IMG/VR virus record: IMGVR_UViG_3300025364_000003
Coordinates: 124,001-188,000 of that record
Length of the DNA: 64,000 nucleotides
Strand: one strand, 5' to 3'
This document shows, one piece after another, positions 8,536-18,120 of this stretch. The notes beneath the pieces were generated by a model. The model was not told the origin of the DNA. It saw only the letters and a program-made list of their open reading frames with translations, and searched no databases. How positions within the stretch are numbered: the first letter of the stretch is position 1; every line of letters starts with the position of its first letter. Position numbers and translations under genes: made by a program.

Positions 8536-11247
8536 ATGCCAGCATTCGATTCAACACCAGAAGGCATTTTGATTAATGAGGACGGCACAAAACTTGCTGT
8601 CTCTGAAAGTCAAACCATCAACACTTCATCGCAACCTGCGTTGTTGTTGGGCGCTCTTCGCCCAGATGGAACAGCAACTTTTGTTAATCTAGCAGATGAT
8701 GGCGCACTCAAAATTTCTATTTCGGGCTCCGGATTGCTACCTTCCATTTCAAGCTCTACAGACAATGCAGTTGTTCGTTGGGATGGAACTACTGGCACCG
8801 CTATTCAAAATTCAAATGCAACTTTGTCAGATGCAGGAACCCTTTCTCTGGTTGGAGATTTGAACATTGCTGGCAACCTGAATGCAGTGGTCGGAGGAGA
8901 TTTAACAGGTTCTTTACCAACACCACAAGTCATTGCCTTTACTTCAGGCGCTACGCAGATCACGTTTGACAACATAATGGACGGTGAAATACTTCAACGA
9001 GTCGGTGATTTGATTGTTAGTATCTCGACTTCTTCATTTGGCGGTGGCGCAGTTGATTCGGTTTTTGGTAGAACTGGTGCAGTTGTTGCGGTTGCTGGGG
9101 ACTACAGCGGCTCACAAGTTACCTTTGTGCCTTCTGGCGACATTGCCGCAACGGATGTTCAAGCAGCAATTGTGGAGGTAAGAGACGACACTGATACCAA
9201 GCTTGCTGGAAAGGTAGACACAAGTACACAAATTATTGCAGGTGCTGGGCTAACAGGCGGTGGCGATCTTACAACAGATCGCACACTGGATGTGGTGGCA
9301 AATGGTGATGGCAGCATTGTCGTTAACGCCAATGATATTCAGGTCGGTGTTGTTTCTGATGCACAACATGGTAGCAGGGGTGGCGGTACGCTACATTCAG
9401 AAGCTACAACTTCTGTAGCTGGTTTTTTTGCTGCGGCAGATAAAGAAGCTCTGAACATAGTTGTAACATCATCATTGAACTTTGTCACCGGACCAGCATC
9501 TGCAACAGACAATGCTCTTGTTAGATGGGATGGAACAACAGGCAAACTTGTTCAAAACTCAAATGCCATTTTGACAGACGGCGGCTCTCTTTCAATTGTT
9601 GGCGATGTAAATGTTACTGGTAATTTAAATGCTTCTGTAAGTGGAGACTTGCAGGGTACACTTCCAAGTCCTCAGGTCATCGCCTTTACTTCTGGTTCAA
9701 CACAAATTTCTTATGACAATATTCCTGAGGGAACATTCTTGAGAAGAAGTGGCTCGTTTGTCATTGGAGATACGGTTACCTCAATTATTACTTCCTCTTC
9801 AGGCATTTCCGTTGTTGATTCTGTTGGCGGAACTGCACTTGCATCAACCCCGTCTTGGACTGACGTTCCATTAAACTTTACCAACGCAAAATCAGATGAT
9901 TTCAGCCACACGGAACCATCTTCAACCGTTCTTGTTAATACGACTGGAAGCTATCTTGTAGGTGGACATGTTACCATCTTCCAAAATGGCGGCAATGGGC
10001 GTTCCGCTGCTGAAATTAGGCTGGTAAAAAACACTGGCGATGGTTTTACCGAGGTAAGTGGAACACGTGGTGCAATTTATAGCAGATTAAATTCTCAAGG
10101 CGAAGGAACAGCTGGATTTACCGTGTTTTTGAATTTGCCGACTACGGCAAGTTTCAAGTTGCAAGCTAGAAAAATAAGCGGAGCGGGCAATCTCTTTTTA
10201 AGAGAAGATGGTTCTGGCCTTACCATTGTAAATACCCGTGGTGTAAAAGGAGAAAGAGGAGAAAAAGGATCGGCAGGTTCGGGAACTACAATAAATGTCA
10301 ACAATCAAGGCTCCCCAGTTTCTGGAACTCCGTTTGACCTTCTTAATTTTAATTTTGGGTTTACTGTTGCAGATGGTGGTGGAGGCGAGGTAGATATCGA
10401 GGTGGATGATTCTGGCACGCTTTCAAGCGTTGAAGCTGGTGATACATCGATAGATGGCACAGCTGATGGCTTTGCTCGCAAAGATCACCAACATGCAGTT
10501 TCTACTGGAACACCAAGTACAATTATTCCTGATCAGGCCAACGCAGAAGGAATCTCAACAAATCTTGCAAGAGCCGACCACATACACAATGTTCCAGCAG
10601 CAGTGCCAGTAGACATCACTCCCGAAGCTGGCAACTCCGAAGGGGTTGCCTCCAGCTTCGCTCGGTCTGACCACGTTCACAACATTCCTTCAGGAACACC
10701 TTCAACAATTACACCAGATCTGCCCAATGCAGAAGGTACGGCAAATTCTTTTGCAAGAACAGATCACATTCATAATGTCCCTACTGATACAGCTGTGGAC
10801 ATAGGTGCAGGTGGAACCTCTATCGAGGGCACGAGCAATTCATTTGCTCGTGCAGATCACGTTCACAGGATCATTGATCCAAGTAGCGAGGCTAGTGCCA
10901 CTGGCAACATTTCAACAACAAGCGCTTCGCCTACAACTGCTGCTGGTATGTCTATTACACCAGGTGCTGGCACTTATTTGGTTTGGTTCAGCACTTGGGG
11001 TTTACACAGCAGAAATTTCGCTGAACTGGCAATTGGAATCGCTGTTGCTGGGACTGATGTTGCAGCAAGTGAGCGAAGATGGGGTAACACCAACCAGAGC
11101 GATGGAGGCAGCGCCACTTTAGCAACGCAGGCTAGAGTAACTATAACAGCAGGCCAGGCTATCCAAGGTAGGTTTTGGAGGGCAAGCGGAGGGGGAAGTG
11201 TTGAAATAAATGATAGAACATTGACAATTCTAAAGGTGGACGGATAA
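8536..11247 (+). CDS. fibre protein with duplicated module and five ARxDHxH repeats
   Basis: Two TDNA.VRWDGTTG..QNS modules, VDSVFGRTGAV fibre motif, short collagen-like GVKGERGEKG, ARxDHxH x5. Confidence 0.8.
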   Translation: MPAFDSTPEGILINEDGTKLAVSESQTINTSSQPALLLGALRPDGTATFVNLADDGALKISISGSGLLPSISSSTDNAVVRWDGTTGTAIQNSNATLSDAGTLSLVGDLNIAGNLNAVVGGDLTGSLPTPQVIAFTSGATQITFDNIMDGEILQRVGDLIVSISTSSFGGGAVDSVFGRTGAVVAVAGDYSGSQVTFVPSGDIAATDVQAAIVEVRDDTDTKLAGKVDTSTQIIAGAGLTGGGDLTTDRTLDVVANGDGSIVVNANDIQVGVVSDAQHGSRGGGTLHSEATTSVAGFFAAADKEALNIVVTSSLNFVTGPASATDNALVRWDGTTGKLVQNSNAILTDGGSLSIVGDVNVTGNLNASVSGDLQGTLPSPQVIAFTSGSTQISYDNIPEGTFLRRSGSFVIGDTVTSIITSSSGISVVDSVGGTALASTPSWTDVPLNFTNAKSDDFSHTEPSSTVLVNTTGSYLVGGHVTIFQNGGNGRSAAEIRLVKNTGDGFTEVSGTRGAIYSRLNSQGEGTAGFTVFLNLPTTASFKLQARKISGAGNLFLREDGSGLTIVNTRGVKGERGEKGSAGSGTTINVNNQGSPVSGTPFDLLNFNFGFTVADGGGGEVDIEVDDSGTLSSVEAGDTSIDGTADGFARKDHQHAVSTGTPSTIIPDQANAEGISTNLARADHIHNVPAAVPVDITPEAGNSEGVASSFARSDHVHNIPSGTPSTITPDLPNAEGTANSFARTDHIHNVPTDTAVDIGAGGTSIEGTSNSFARADHVHRIIDPSSEASATGNISTTSASPTTAAGMSITPGAGTYLVWFSTWGLHSRNFAELAIGIAVAGTDVAASERRWGNTNQSDGGSATLATQARVTITAGQAIQGRFWRASGGGSVEINDRTLTILKVDG

Positions 11248-11867
11248 TGGCAAATATTATCTATAACTTTAACTTTTCAGATTTTCCAAGTGGTTCAATC
11301 GCCCCTGGAAAACTTTATGATCAAATGAATTCAACATACACAGCATCGAGATTTGACATGTCAACGGATGCAACAGCAGAAACAGTAGTTTTTACATTTG
11401 ATGATAATTTTTTTGTACCAACTTCTAGTTCTATTTCTGAAAATGTTATAAATAGTCATGATGGAAAACGTTGGCCTAACTTTACATTGAAAACACTTAC
11501 AGGGTTTGACAGAATAACAACAACTTCACGTGACTGGACCCCCATCAAACCAATGATAATTAAACCAGGCGCTCCTGGGAATTTTTTTGTAATATTTGAT
11601 GTAAATGCAAGACACACAACAGATGATACAAAAACAGAATATGCCATATTCTATAATGACACCATGTTATCAGGATCCAAGAAAGAACTTGAAGTAGCTT
11701 CGGGTTTATTTTCTTTTCTTGATACTCATGTCGAGGCTTTCTCAATAACAGGACAAGCGTTTATCTCTGGAGCAATGCCTGATTGCACCATAAGTGTTAG
11801 ATGGAAAACTACCGATCCGACAGCTGTGATTTTGGGAAGAAGCATGACCGTGCAAAGGATTAACTGA
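11247..11867 (+). CDS. putative fibre-associated virion protein
   Basis: TAATG coupling; C-terminal domain resembles C-terminus of 8536 (ends R.MTV.RI vs RTLTILKV). Confidence 0.65.
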   Translation: MANIIYNFNFSDFPSGSIAPGKLYDQMNSTYTASRFDMSTDATAETVVFTFDDNFFVPTSSSISENVINSHDGKRWPNFTLKTLTGFDRITTTSRDWTPIKPMIIKPGAPGNFFVIFDVNARHTTDDTKTEYAIFYNDTMLSGSKKELEVASGLFSFLDTHVEAFSITGQAFISGAMPDCTISVRWKTTDPTAVILGRSMTVQRIN

Positions 11868-11868
11868 A

Positions 11869-13089
11869 ATGACACTATATGACTACACGTACTCAATATC
11901 AGGTAGCTTCCCAAGTGGAAGTGTTGCTTCTGATCGACTTGAGAAAGAAATTAGAGACAGTTCAATTACCAAGGCTCTAAGTCACATTGATACTGCTGGC
12001 GATGATTGTGATATTTGGTTTAAGGCTTTGCTCACTACGGGTTCCAACAGTGAAAAAGAAACACTCGACGGCCTTGTTGCAGTCCATAGTGGGCAGCCTC
12101 TCATGGTAAAAACCATTAACACCTCTTCCCAAGGTTCGGTTGTATTTTCTCTAGAAAAAAGACAAAAAGACGAGGCGCCTCTTGTTGCATTGCAAGGTAG
12201 AATTGGCTCTGAAACTATATATGCGACGCACAATTTCTGTGATGAAACAACCTGGTATAATGGAAGTGTGCGTGTAACCAGTGCTTCTTTGGTTCAATCA
12301 GGCTCAATTTGGTATCACTCAGGCGTAGGATTTGGTACGCCATGGATTGACATGTACCACGGTAAAGTTTATGACGAAGAGGGCCTAGCCGAAGATCAGT
12401 TTATTTTCGCCTCTGCCAATGGTGAGGTTGGCCATGGGTACACTGTGCATGTGCTTGTAGACGGCACAGAAAAACAACAAAGAGCAGCATTTCACGCATC
12501 TGGTGGCGAATATACAGTAAATTATGCCTCTGGAGCAATTATGCCAGTATCCGGGCAGAATTGGTCTGGTTCGAATGTTGTGGCTTGTTTTTCACACAGA
12601 AACAGTTCCGCATGGTATCTTGAGCCTCTACCAAATAAAACTCTGGTGCTTGAAAAGGCCGAGGTTCAGTTTTCACACGATCTTGAGTTTAATTCCTCAT
12701 TCTTAATGACGACAGAGGGATATGCGGCAGTATTTGCACCGCACTTAATACAATCAAATGGCGGACCACTGCCAGATAATGCTCGCATACCGATAGACAA
12801 GACTCAATACAAAACGCCTGATCAAGTTATTGACGAAGCCATCATGGCATTTCCACAAGTTCCGCCAATTAGCACGAATACAAATAGAGGTTTCAAATTC
12901 CCAAGAAACATATTTCAATTTCATTATGGAGCTGTCAAAAAGTTATATTCGTCGCTAGGAATGCGAATAGGAATTTCGGTAGAGAATGATCAACCTTGGG
13001 GTGGTGAAAGAGCAACGGCTACATTTTATTGTATTTCTGAAACAGATCCTGGTCAACTTGAAGCACTTGCAATTTTAGGTTTGATATAA
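11869..13089 (+). CDS. putative virion protein
   Basis: N-terminus Y.YS..G.FPSGSVA..L resembles 11247; structural context. Confidence 0.65.
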   Translation: MTLYDYTYSISGSFPSGSVASDRLEKEIRDSSITKALSHIDTAGDDCDIWFKALLTTGSNSEKETLDGLVAVHSGQPLMVKTINTSSQGSVVFSLEKRQKDEAPLVALQGRIGSETIYATHNFCDETTWYNGSVRVTSASLVQSGSIWYHSGVGFGTPWIDMYHGKVYDEEGLAEDQFIFASANGEVGHGYTVHVLVDGTEKQQRAAFHASGGEYTVNYASGAIMPVSGQNWSGSNVVACFSHRNSSAWYLEPLPNKTLVLEKAEVQFSHDLEFNSSFLMTTEGYAAVFAPHLIQSNGGPLPDNARIPIDKTQYKTPDQVIDEAIMAFPQVPPISTNTNRGFKFPRNIFQFHYGAVKKLYSSLGMRIGISVENDQPWGGERATATFYCISETDPGQLEALAILGLI

Positions 13090-13092
13090 AAT

Positions 13093-13215
13093 ATGGTTAA
13101 GTTTGATAAAGACGGAAGACTTAGGATTTATGTTGAAGGCGTTGAAGTTGGTAATGTTACTGGTAGCCCTGTTTCACTTTCTGTTTTTGTTGTCGGTAGA
13201 GGTTTGGGCGTGTAG
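13093..13215 (+). CDS. 40-aa small protein missing from ORF track (MVKFDKDGRLRIYVEG...)
   Basis: Translated by hand; starts 3 nt after previous stop; FDKDGRLRI resembles LADDGALKI/LASDGALFI motif. Confidence 0.5.
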   Translation: MVKFDKDGRLRIYVEGVEVGNVTGSPVSLSVFVVGRGLGV

Positions 13216-13271
13216 TTGTTTACCTCTATTTACAATTGCTTGTCTGTGATGCAGGTGCAAGGAGATAAATT

Positions 13272-14138
13272 GTGGGAAAACGAGGATTGGTATTAAGTGG
13301 TGGTGGTTCCAAAGGAGCTTACCAGGTGGGTGTTCTAAAAGCTCTTATGGAAGAAGGTAGGCAATATGATGTAGTATCGGGCGTGTCTGTTGGTGCACTT
13401 ATTGGAGCACATATGGCAATGTATCCGCCAGAAAAACAAGCAGAAAATTTTGAAGGTCTTTTCAAAATATGGACAGAGAGCGTCAAGGGAAACAAAAGTG
13501 TTTATAAACCCTGGGCTCCTTGGGTGTTGACTTATTTGTGGTCCTTTTGGAAGGGCGGTATCTATAGCATGAAACCACTTAGGGACATCTTAGCCAAGGA
13601 AATGAACACCGAAGAAATGAGAAAAAGTGGGGTTGAATTTGAAGTAGGCGTTGTTTCCCTTCAATCTGGGAAATATCGCTCAGTCAATCTTACGAGTGAT
13701 CCTGGAAACAATCAATTAGCTGTAGATTGGGTATGGGCAAGCTGCATTTTTCCTGTTCTGTTCCCAGCTGTAGAAATTGGTGGAGAACAATGGGTTGATG
13801 GTGGCCTAAGAAATACAATTCCAATTCTAGATGTCTTGAAATACTCAGACGTAACCGAAATTGATGTTGTTCTAACAGGTCCTCGTGATGGTTTTATTCC
13901 GTCTGAAGATAAAAAATATAACTCTGCTCTTGACGTGGGGTTGCGTACCGCTGGGTTTTTAGCTGATGAAGTGTTTGCTACGGACCTTGATGAGGTTTGT
14001 TGCATAAATAAAGTAAAACTTAACATTTACGATCCTGTAGATCTAGTAAACGAAGATAGCTTCAAATTTGACCCGGACGAAATTGCTCGGTTGATCGAAA
14101 GAGGATACCGTGAAACTAAAACAAAACTAGGCAAATAG
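13272..14138 (+). CDS. patatin-like phospholipase
   Basis: LVLSGGGSKGAYQVG, G-V-S-V-G nucleophile elbow, DGG motif; AAGGAG RBS. Confidence 0.93.
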   Translation: MGKRGLVLSGGGSKGAYQVGVLKALMEEGRQYDVVSGVSVGALIGAHMAMYPPEKQAENFEGLFKIWTESVKGNKSVYKPWAPWVLTYLWSFWKGGIYSMKPLRDILAKEMNTEEMRKSGVEFEVGVVSLQSGKYRSVNLTSDPGNNQLAVDWVWASCIFPVLFPAVEIGGEQWVDGGLRNTIPILDVLKYSDVTEIDVVLTGPRDGFIPSEDKKYNSALDVGLRTAGFLADEVFATDLDEVCCINKVKLNIYDPVDLVNEDSFKFDPDEIARLIERGYRETKTKLGK

Positions 14139-14147
14139 GAGGCGCTT

Positions 14148-14690
14148 ATGTCTAGCGTACCTACCGTTGTAGTACCACCAGGCCCATATCTTTACGACGA
14201 CCCAAGATTCATTTACAACGAACCGTGTATGTTTTACGACGGTGGGTTCGACTTACAATGTTTAATTGATCGGCAACGTGTAGTTCTTCCCAAAAAGGTG
14301 GGAAAAAGCACTGCTGCCGTAGCAAGAAGGCGCAAGCCACAACTTCCACCAGAAGATTGTCGCACGATACTCGATTTTATCATTAGAGCCGAGGTTGAAA
14401 AGGTAAACAATAAGCCGGTGGAACATAGAGAAGTTGAAAAAAAATATCACCTCGAATACGACCCAATTAAAGTTGAAGTACAAGAATTGAAGCATCGAGC
14501 AGATGATTTTGAGGTCTGGGCCTATGCTTTAACATCATCTATAGTCCAACCTAAAATCTGTCCAACAGATAAAGTAAAACTTATCCCAATTAAAACCATT
14601 GTATCAAGTTCACTCGAAGCACGATTAAGGAAGTCGAAGATTCTAATTAAGGGTGAAGTTATTGATAGAAAGAATAAAAACAAGAAATGA
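14148..14690 (+). CDS. hypothetical protein
   Basis: GGAGG RBS; ORF track. Confidence 0.7.
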   Translation: MSSVPTVVVPPGPYLYDDPRFIYNEPCMFYDGGFDLQCLIDRQRVVLPKKVGKSTAAVARRRKPQLPPEDCRTILDFIIRAEVEKVNNKPVEHREVEKKYHLEYDPIKVEVQELKHRADDFEVWAYALTSSIVQPKICPTDKVKLIPIKTIVSSSLEARLRKSKILIKGEVIDRKNKNKK

Positions 14691-15361
14691 CCATTCCAAA
14701 ACTCAACCTCAATCTAAATGAAGAAAATGAGCTAGCTTTCAAAATCTCTATCGAAGGCTCTTCATCTGACATTGGAGCTACCAAGCCTAGGTTTAGACTT
14801 CTTGTGACCGAATCCGAAAATGGTCATGGAATGGTTTATCCGGCCGAACAAGGTGATGACGGCAACGTCATAGTTCGTCTTCCAAGCACTGAAACTTTTC
14901 TTGAGGAGACTAACTACCGTGGAAAACTTGAAGTGATTTTAGGCAATCATTACTTCGTTCCAACGGAGGTCGACATCGAGTTCATTAGGCCACTCAAAGT
15001 AGAAGCTGTTGTTGTAACAAACAAGGGCGGCTCTCTAAGGGAAGAAAAAGCTAAGCACGAATCTGCCGAGCCTTCCGTTTCCGTTTCTACGGTTGAGGTT
15101 AGAAACAAAAAGTCCATTAGAGAAACTCCTAACCCAGAATCGACGATGCAGAAGCCTAAAAAGCGCACTTGGAATGAGCTAACCGAAGCTGAAAAAAAGA
15201 AAGTCATTGCTTTCCGCAAAGAACAAAAACTCAAGAAGTTAAGAGAACAAAAAAGATTACAGGAAAAGAAAATTAGAGCAAAGAAATTTGCCGAACAAAA
15301 GGCTGAAGCACAATTGAAAGCTCAATTAAAAACTCTAATGTCGGATTCGCTTGAAGAATAA
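14687..15361 (+). CDS. hypothetical protein (Ig-like N-domain, basic coiled-coil C-tail)
   Basis: ATGA coupling; TAATTA motif at 14644. Confidence 0.7.
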   Translation: MTIPKLNLNLNEENELAFKISIEGSSSDIGATKPRFRLLVTESENGHGMVYPAEQGDDGNVIVRLPSTETFLEETNYRGKLEVILGNHYFVPTEVDIEFIRPLKVEAVVVTNKGGSLREEKAKHESAEPSVSVSTVEVRNKKSIRETPNPESTMQKPKKRTWNELTEAEKKKVIAFRKEQKLKKLREQKRLQEKKIRAKKFAEQKAEAQLKAQLKTLMSDSLEE

Positions 15362-15362
15362 T

Positions 15363-15569
15363 TTACCCTTTTGTGATTTTTTGACGCCTTTGTTGCATCA
15401 CTTTTCGATACATTCTCATTTTCCTAACTCGATTCATTAATTGTTTATTTTCCAAAGCAAGTTTGTAATTGAGAATTAGGTCAAAAAGATCAACACCTTC
15501 AATTTTTATTCCAATCTTACTCAAGATTGCTTTCCAAGCCAGGGAAAATGTTTGGGAATACAAGATCAA
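15363..15569 (-). CDS. small hypothetical protein (start uncertain)
   Basis: ORF track. Confidence 0.4.
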   Translation of the reverse strand: MILYSQTFSLAWKAILSKIGIKIEGVDLFDLILNYKLALENKQLMNRVRKMRMYRKVMQQRRQKITKG

Positions 15570-15666
15570 ATACTTCTTGTTGCCACTTTGACTTATTTTC
15601 TCTCACATATCGTTCTTTTCGATAAGTAAAAATAAGCTTTTGTAGTTTTTTGTTTGTTTGGTTCAT
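15517..15666 (-). CDS. 49-aa hypothetical protein (LIFTYRKER motif), missing from ORF track
   Basis: Hand translation MNQTNKKLQKLIFTYRKERYVRENK...LE*. Confidence 0.5.
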   Translation of the reverse strand: MNQTNKKLQKLIFTYRKERYVRENKSKWQQEVFDLVFPNIFPGLESNLE

Positions 15667-15675
15667 TAAATTTAT

Positions 15676-15837
15676 TTATTTTTTAACAAGCGGGATTTTG
15701 TTTGCCCTGGGAGCATTAGCCTTTATGTCTTGCATTAATTGTTTAATAATTTGTTCAGCTCTTTCAGCTCGATATTTCCTCAGAAGTTGTTCGAGCGTTT
15801 GACCGCAAATAACGATTGACTTAGAAGAGAAGCTCAT
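15676..15837 (-). CDS. 53-aa hypothetical protein (LLRKYRAER motif), missing from ORF track
   Basis: Hand translation MSFSSKSIVICGQTLEQLLRKYRAERAEQ...; ATGA overlap with 15834-16139. Confidence 0.55.
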   Translation of the reverse strand: MSFSSKSIVICGQTLEQLLRKYRAERAEQIIKQLMQDIKANAPRANKIPLVKK

Positions 15838-16139
15838 GTTTCGATAATTAGTTTCTTCTCTTCGGTCAAATCTTTTCTACCCACCTTACAAGCTTCAACA
15901 ATTGTTTTCATTGTTTCTTGATTTTCTATTTCAAGTGCAAGAAGATAAACAAGATAAAGTAATTGACGTTGTCCAGTTACCCCAAATCTTTTAATTTCTT
16001 GTACAATTTGTCGGCATTCATTTCTTTTTTGTGGAGAAAGAGTTAGTTCAAGATCTGGTTTGATGTATTCCACACCTTCTTCTGCTTCGTCTTCGTCGGT
16101 TAAGAATTTATCAAAACCTTCCTTTTCATTATTTGTCAT
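15834..16139 (-). CDS. hypothetical protein
   Basis: GAGG RBS; ORF track. Confidence 0.7.
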   Translation of the reverse strand: MTNNEKEGFDKFLTDEDEAEEGVEYIKPDLELTLSPQKRNECRQIVQEIKRFGVTGQRQLLYLVYLLALEIENQETMKTIVEACKVGRKDLTEEKKLIIET

Positions 16140-16205
16140 TTTTGAACCTCATCTGCTACTTAAGCATGGTAAAATATTTTCAGAAAGTGTAATCGGAGTT
16201 CTATA

Positions 16206-17276
16206 ATGCCAGCAAAATCACAAGATCAGCAGCAGGCCGCCGGAATTGCATTGCAGGCCAAAAGAGAAGGCACTGTGGACGAGCTACCCAGCGGTTCAGC
16301 TTCCAAAGAAATGGCCAAATCGATGACTAAAAAGGAATTGGAAAAACTGGCTGGAACAAAACATAAAGGGTTGCCAAAAGACATAGACGAGTCCAAAACA
16401 TGGGCCGGCTCGTCGTTAGTAGCTGTTTTCAAGGAGGAAATGCAAGGCGTTTCTGACCAAGACGATGAAGAAGAACAAATCACAACACAAAAATCCAAGG
16501 TAGAACGTTTGAATGATCGAGAAATTGGCACCGGCAAAGGCACAGAAGATACTTGGACTTCTACTGCTGGAGGAACTGCACCAGCCATTGCCAATAACGC
16601 TCGTAGTCCGATGACTTCAAATACTGCCGGTGCACGTGTTGCCGAGCAAGTAAAACTTTCAACCGGCAAGGAAACATGTCCAGCATGTGACGGCACTGGC
16701 CTGAAGGATGGCAGAGATAACAGACCAGCTCCTATGTGGCAACCGGATCTCTGTCCTGTTTGCCTTGGAAAAGGCGAGGTAGAAACAGGAAAAGAACTTG
16801 AAGAAATTCATGCTTCAAACAAAATAAATGAAACAATTAATCTCAGCAGGTGGCAACAGCTTGCAGGACTTAAAGTTGTTTCTGAACTTTTAACAGAAAA
16901 AAAAGAAAAGCGGGTGCAAAAAGCCGTGGACTCAAAAGCAGGTCAGGCAAAGCCTAATAAAGCTGCTAAATCCGTAGCAAAAGAAAGCACTTCATTTGAA
17001 GAAGTGTTAAAATCTCTTTTTAAAGAAGGAACGACTACAGAACAGAGATATTTTGATACCAATCAGGACGAAATTGGTGAAGGCAGAAACCCAAATAGCC
17101 TTGACATCGTTTTTGAAATGGACACAGCTCAGGCAAAAAATTATGTTAGTCGATTAGCAAAACATGGCTGGTCCTGGGACAAGGTTGCAGAACAACTAAA
17201 AAACCAATATGGAGTCAGGCCATATGAGATCGACAAAGTGTTGTTTCCTCATTGGAAAGAAGTAACTGGTCAATGA
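16206..17276 (+). CDS. modular protein: DUF3008-like N-terminus + DnaJ-type zinc finger + RWxxLAGL motif
   Basis: PAKSQDQQQAAGIAL.AKR...ASKEM..SM..KELE.LA.TK.KGLP; CPACDGTG...CPVCLGKG; several I/L-x-E sites. Confidence 0.7.
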   Translation: MPAKSQDQQQAAGIALQAKREGTVDELPSGSASKEMAKSMTKKELEKLAGTKHKGLPKDIDESKTWAGSSLVAVFKEEMQGVSDQDDEEEQITTQKSKVERLNDREIGTGKGTEDTWTSTAGGTAPAIANNARSPMTSNTAGARVAEQVKLSTGKETCPACDGTGLKDGRDNRPAPMWQPDLCPVCLGKGEVETGKELEEIHASNKINETINLSRWQQLAGLKVVSELLTEKKEKRVQKAVDSKAGQAKPNKAAKSVAKESTSFEEVLKSLFKEGTTTEQRYFDTNQDEIGEGRNPNSLDIVFEMDTAQAKNYVSRLAKHGWSWDKVAEQLKNQYGVRPYEIDKVLFPHWKEVTGQ

Positions 17277-17491
17277 CAAAAATTAGCAAACGTCGTTTGA
17301 TGGAATTAGCGGGGTTGGACATTGCCCCTTCGCCAACGAGTGTCAATGCATTTCATGCTCCGGGTCACATGGCAAAAGTAAACCAAGCACAAGAAATAAG
17401 AGATGTGCTTGGCCAAGATGAAGAAGATACTGTGCCCTCTGATGATATTGAAGAAGTAGAAAGTGAACTACTTGCTGTCGATTTTGACTAA
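17273..17491 (+). CDS. small acidic protein with ISKRRLMELAGL leader
   Basis: Likely start ATG 17273 (ATGA overlap). Confidence 0.6.
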   Translation: MTKISKRRLMELAGLDIAPSPTSVNAFHAPGHMAKVNQAQEIRDVLGQDEEDTVPSDDIEEVESELLAVDFD

Positions 17492-17950
17492 TCCATCAAA
17501 ACGCTCAAAAGGTTCAATCTTTTGAAGACTGTCTGACAATATTGTCATCACTTTTCCAAAAATTAGGTCACCCTCACGTTCTTTTGCTAAAATAACTGTT
17601 CTACCCCATAGTTGGTTCTCAACGATGAATTGAACTTCTTGCCAGGTTGGTAGATCACATTCATGTCTTTCGAGAATGGTGACAAGTTTTTGTGGCATTG
17701 TCAGTTTGATGTCATCTATGGTTGAAATACTGCGGATTGAGTCTTTATTTAGAATTTTACTAAGGCCAACTTCATTAACTCGATGCACCGCTCCGCAGTT
17801 AGGGCACTGTGCATATGAAGGCTTTACTTTTGCAGTTACTTCTTCGAGTACGCTGAACACTACAAATTTGTGAAATGGCGGCTCTGCCATTCGTTTAAAT
17901 TGCGGCAAGATACACTTGCATTCAACGAGATGTTTTACATACTCTGGCAT
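17468..17950 (-). CDS. hypothetical zinc-ribbon protein
   Basis: ECKC...QCPNCGAVH. Confidence 0.7.
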   Translation of the reverse strand: MPEYVKHLVECKCILPQFKRMAEPPFHKFVVFSVLEEVTAKVKPSYAQCPNCGAVHRVNEVGLSKILNKDSIRSISTIDDIKLTMPQKLVTILERHECDLPTWQEVQFIVENQLWGRTVILAKEREGDLIFGKVMTILSDSLQKIEPFERFDGLVKIDSK

Positions 17951-17958
17951 TTGGTTAA

Positions 17959-18120
17959 CTATAGGAATAAAAATAGCTTAACTATTATCGCAAAAAAAGC
18001 GCAGGTAGCCACTAAGCCAATGGCAACCCACGACTTTTTCTTCTTCAGGAGAGAGAGAGACTTTTGTCGTTTTTCGACTTTTTTAGCCTGCTCTACTCTC
18101 CTGAAGACGGCAAAGGGTTT
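17959..18120 (-). CDS. -1 frame extension of 18093-18368 encoding a C-terminal transmembrane anchor (putative programmed frameshift product)
   Basis: 53 sense codons with no upstream start codon; opens at slippery A_AAC_CCT; ends KKKKSWVAIGLVATCAFFAIIVKLFLFL*. Confidence 0.6.
   Translation of the reverse strand, partial: KPFAVFRRVEQAKKVEKRQKSLSLLKKKKSWVAIGLVATCAFFAIIVKLFLFL
18042..18120 (-). promoter_or_regulatory. putative -1 ribosomal frameshift signal (slippery heptamer + stem-loop)
   Basis: AAACCCT (18120-18114), 6-nt spacer, perfect 12-bp inverted repeat 18096-18107 / 18042-18053 with internal GTCG-AAAAA-CGAC hairpin. Confidence 0.6.

Noticed and set aside
18048-18060. (GA)n microsatellite as a phase-variation tract
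   Set aside because: Short, and better explained as one arm of the frameshift stem and as SLSL codons.
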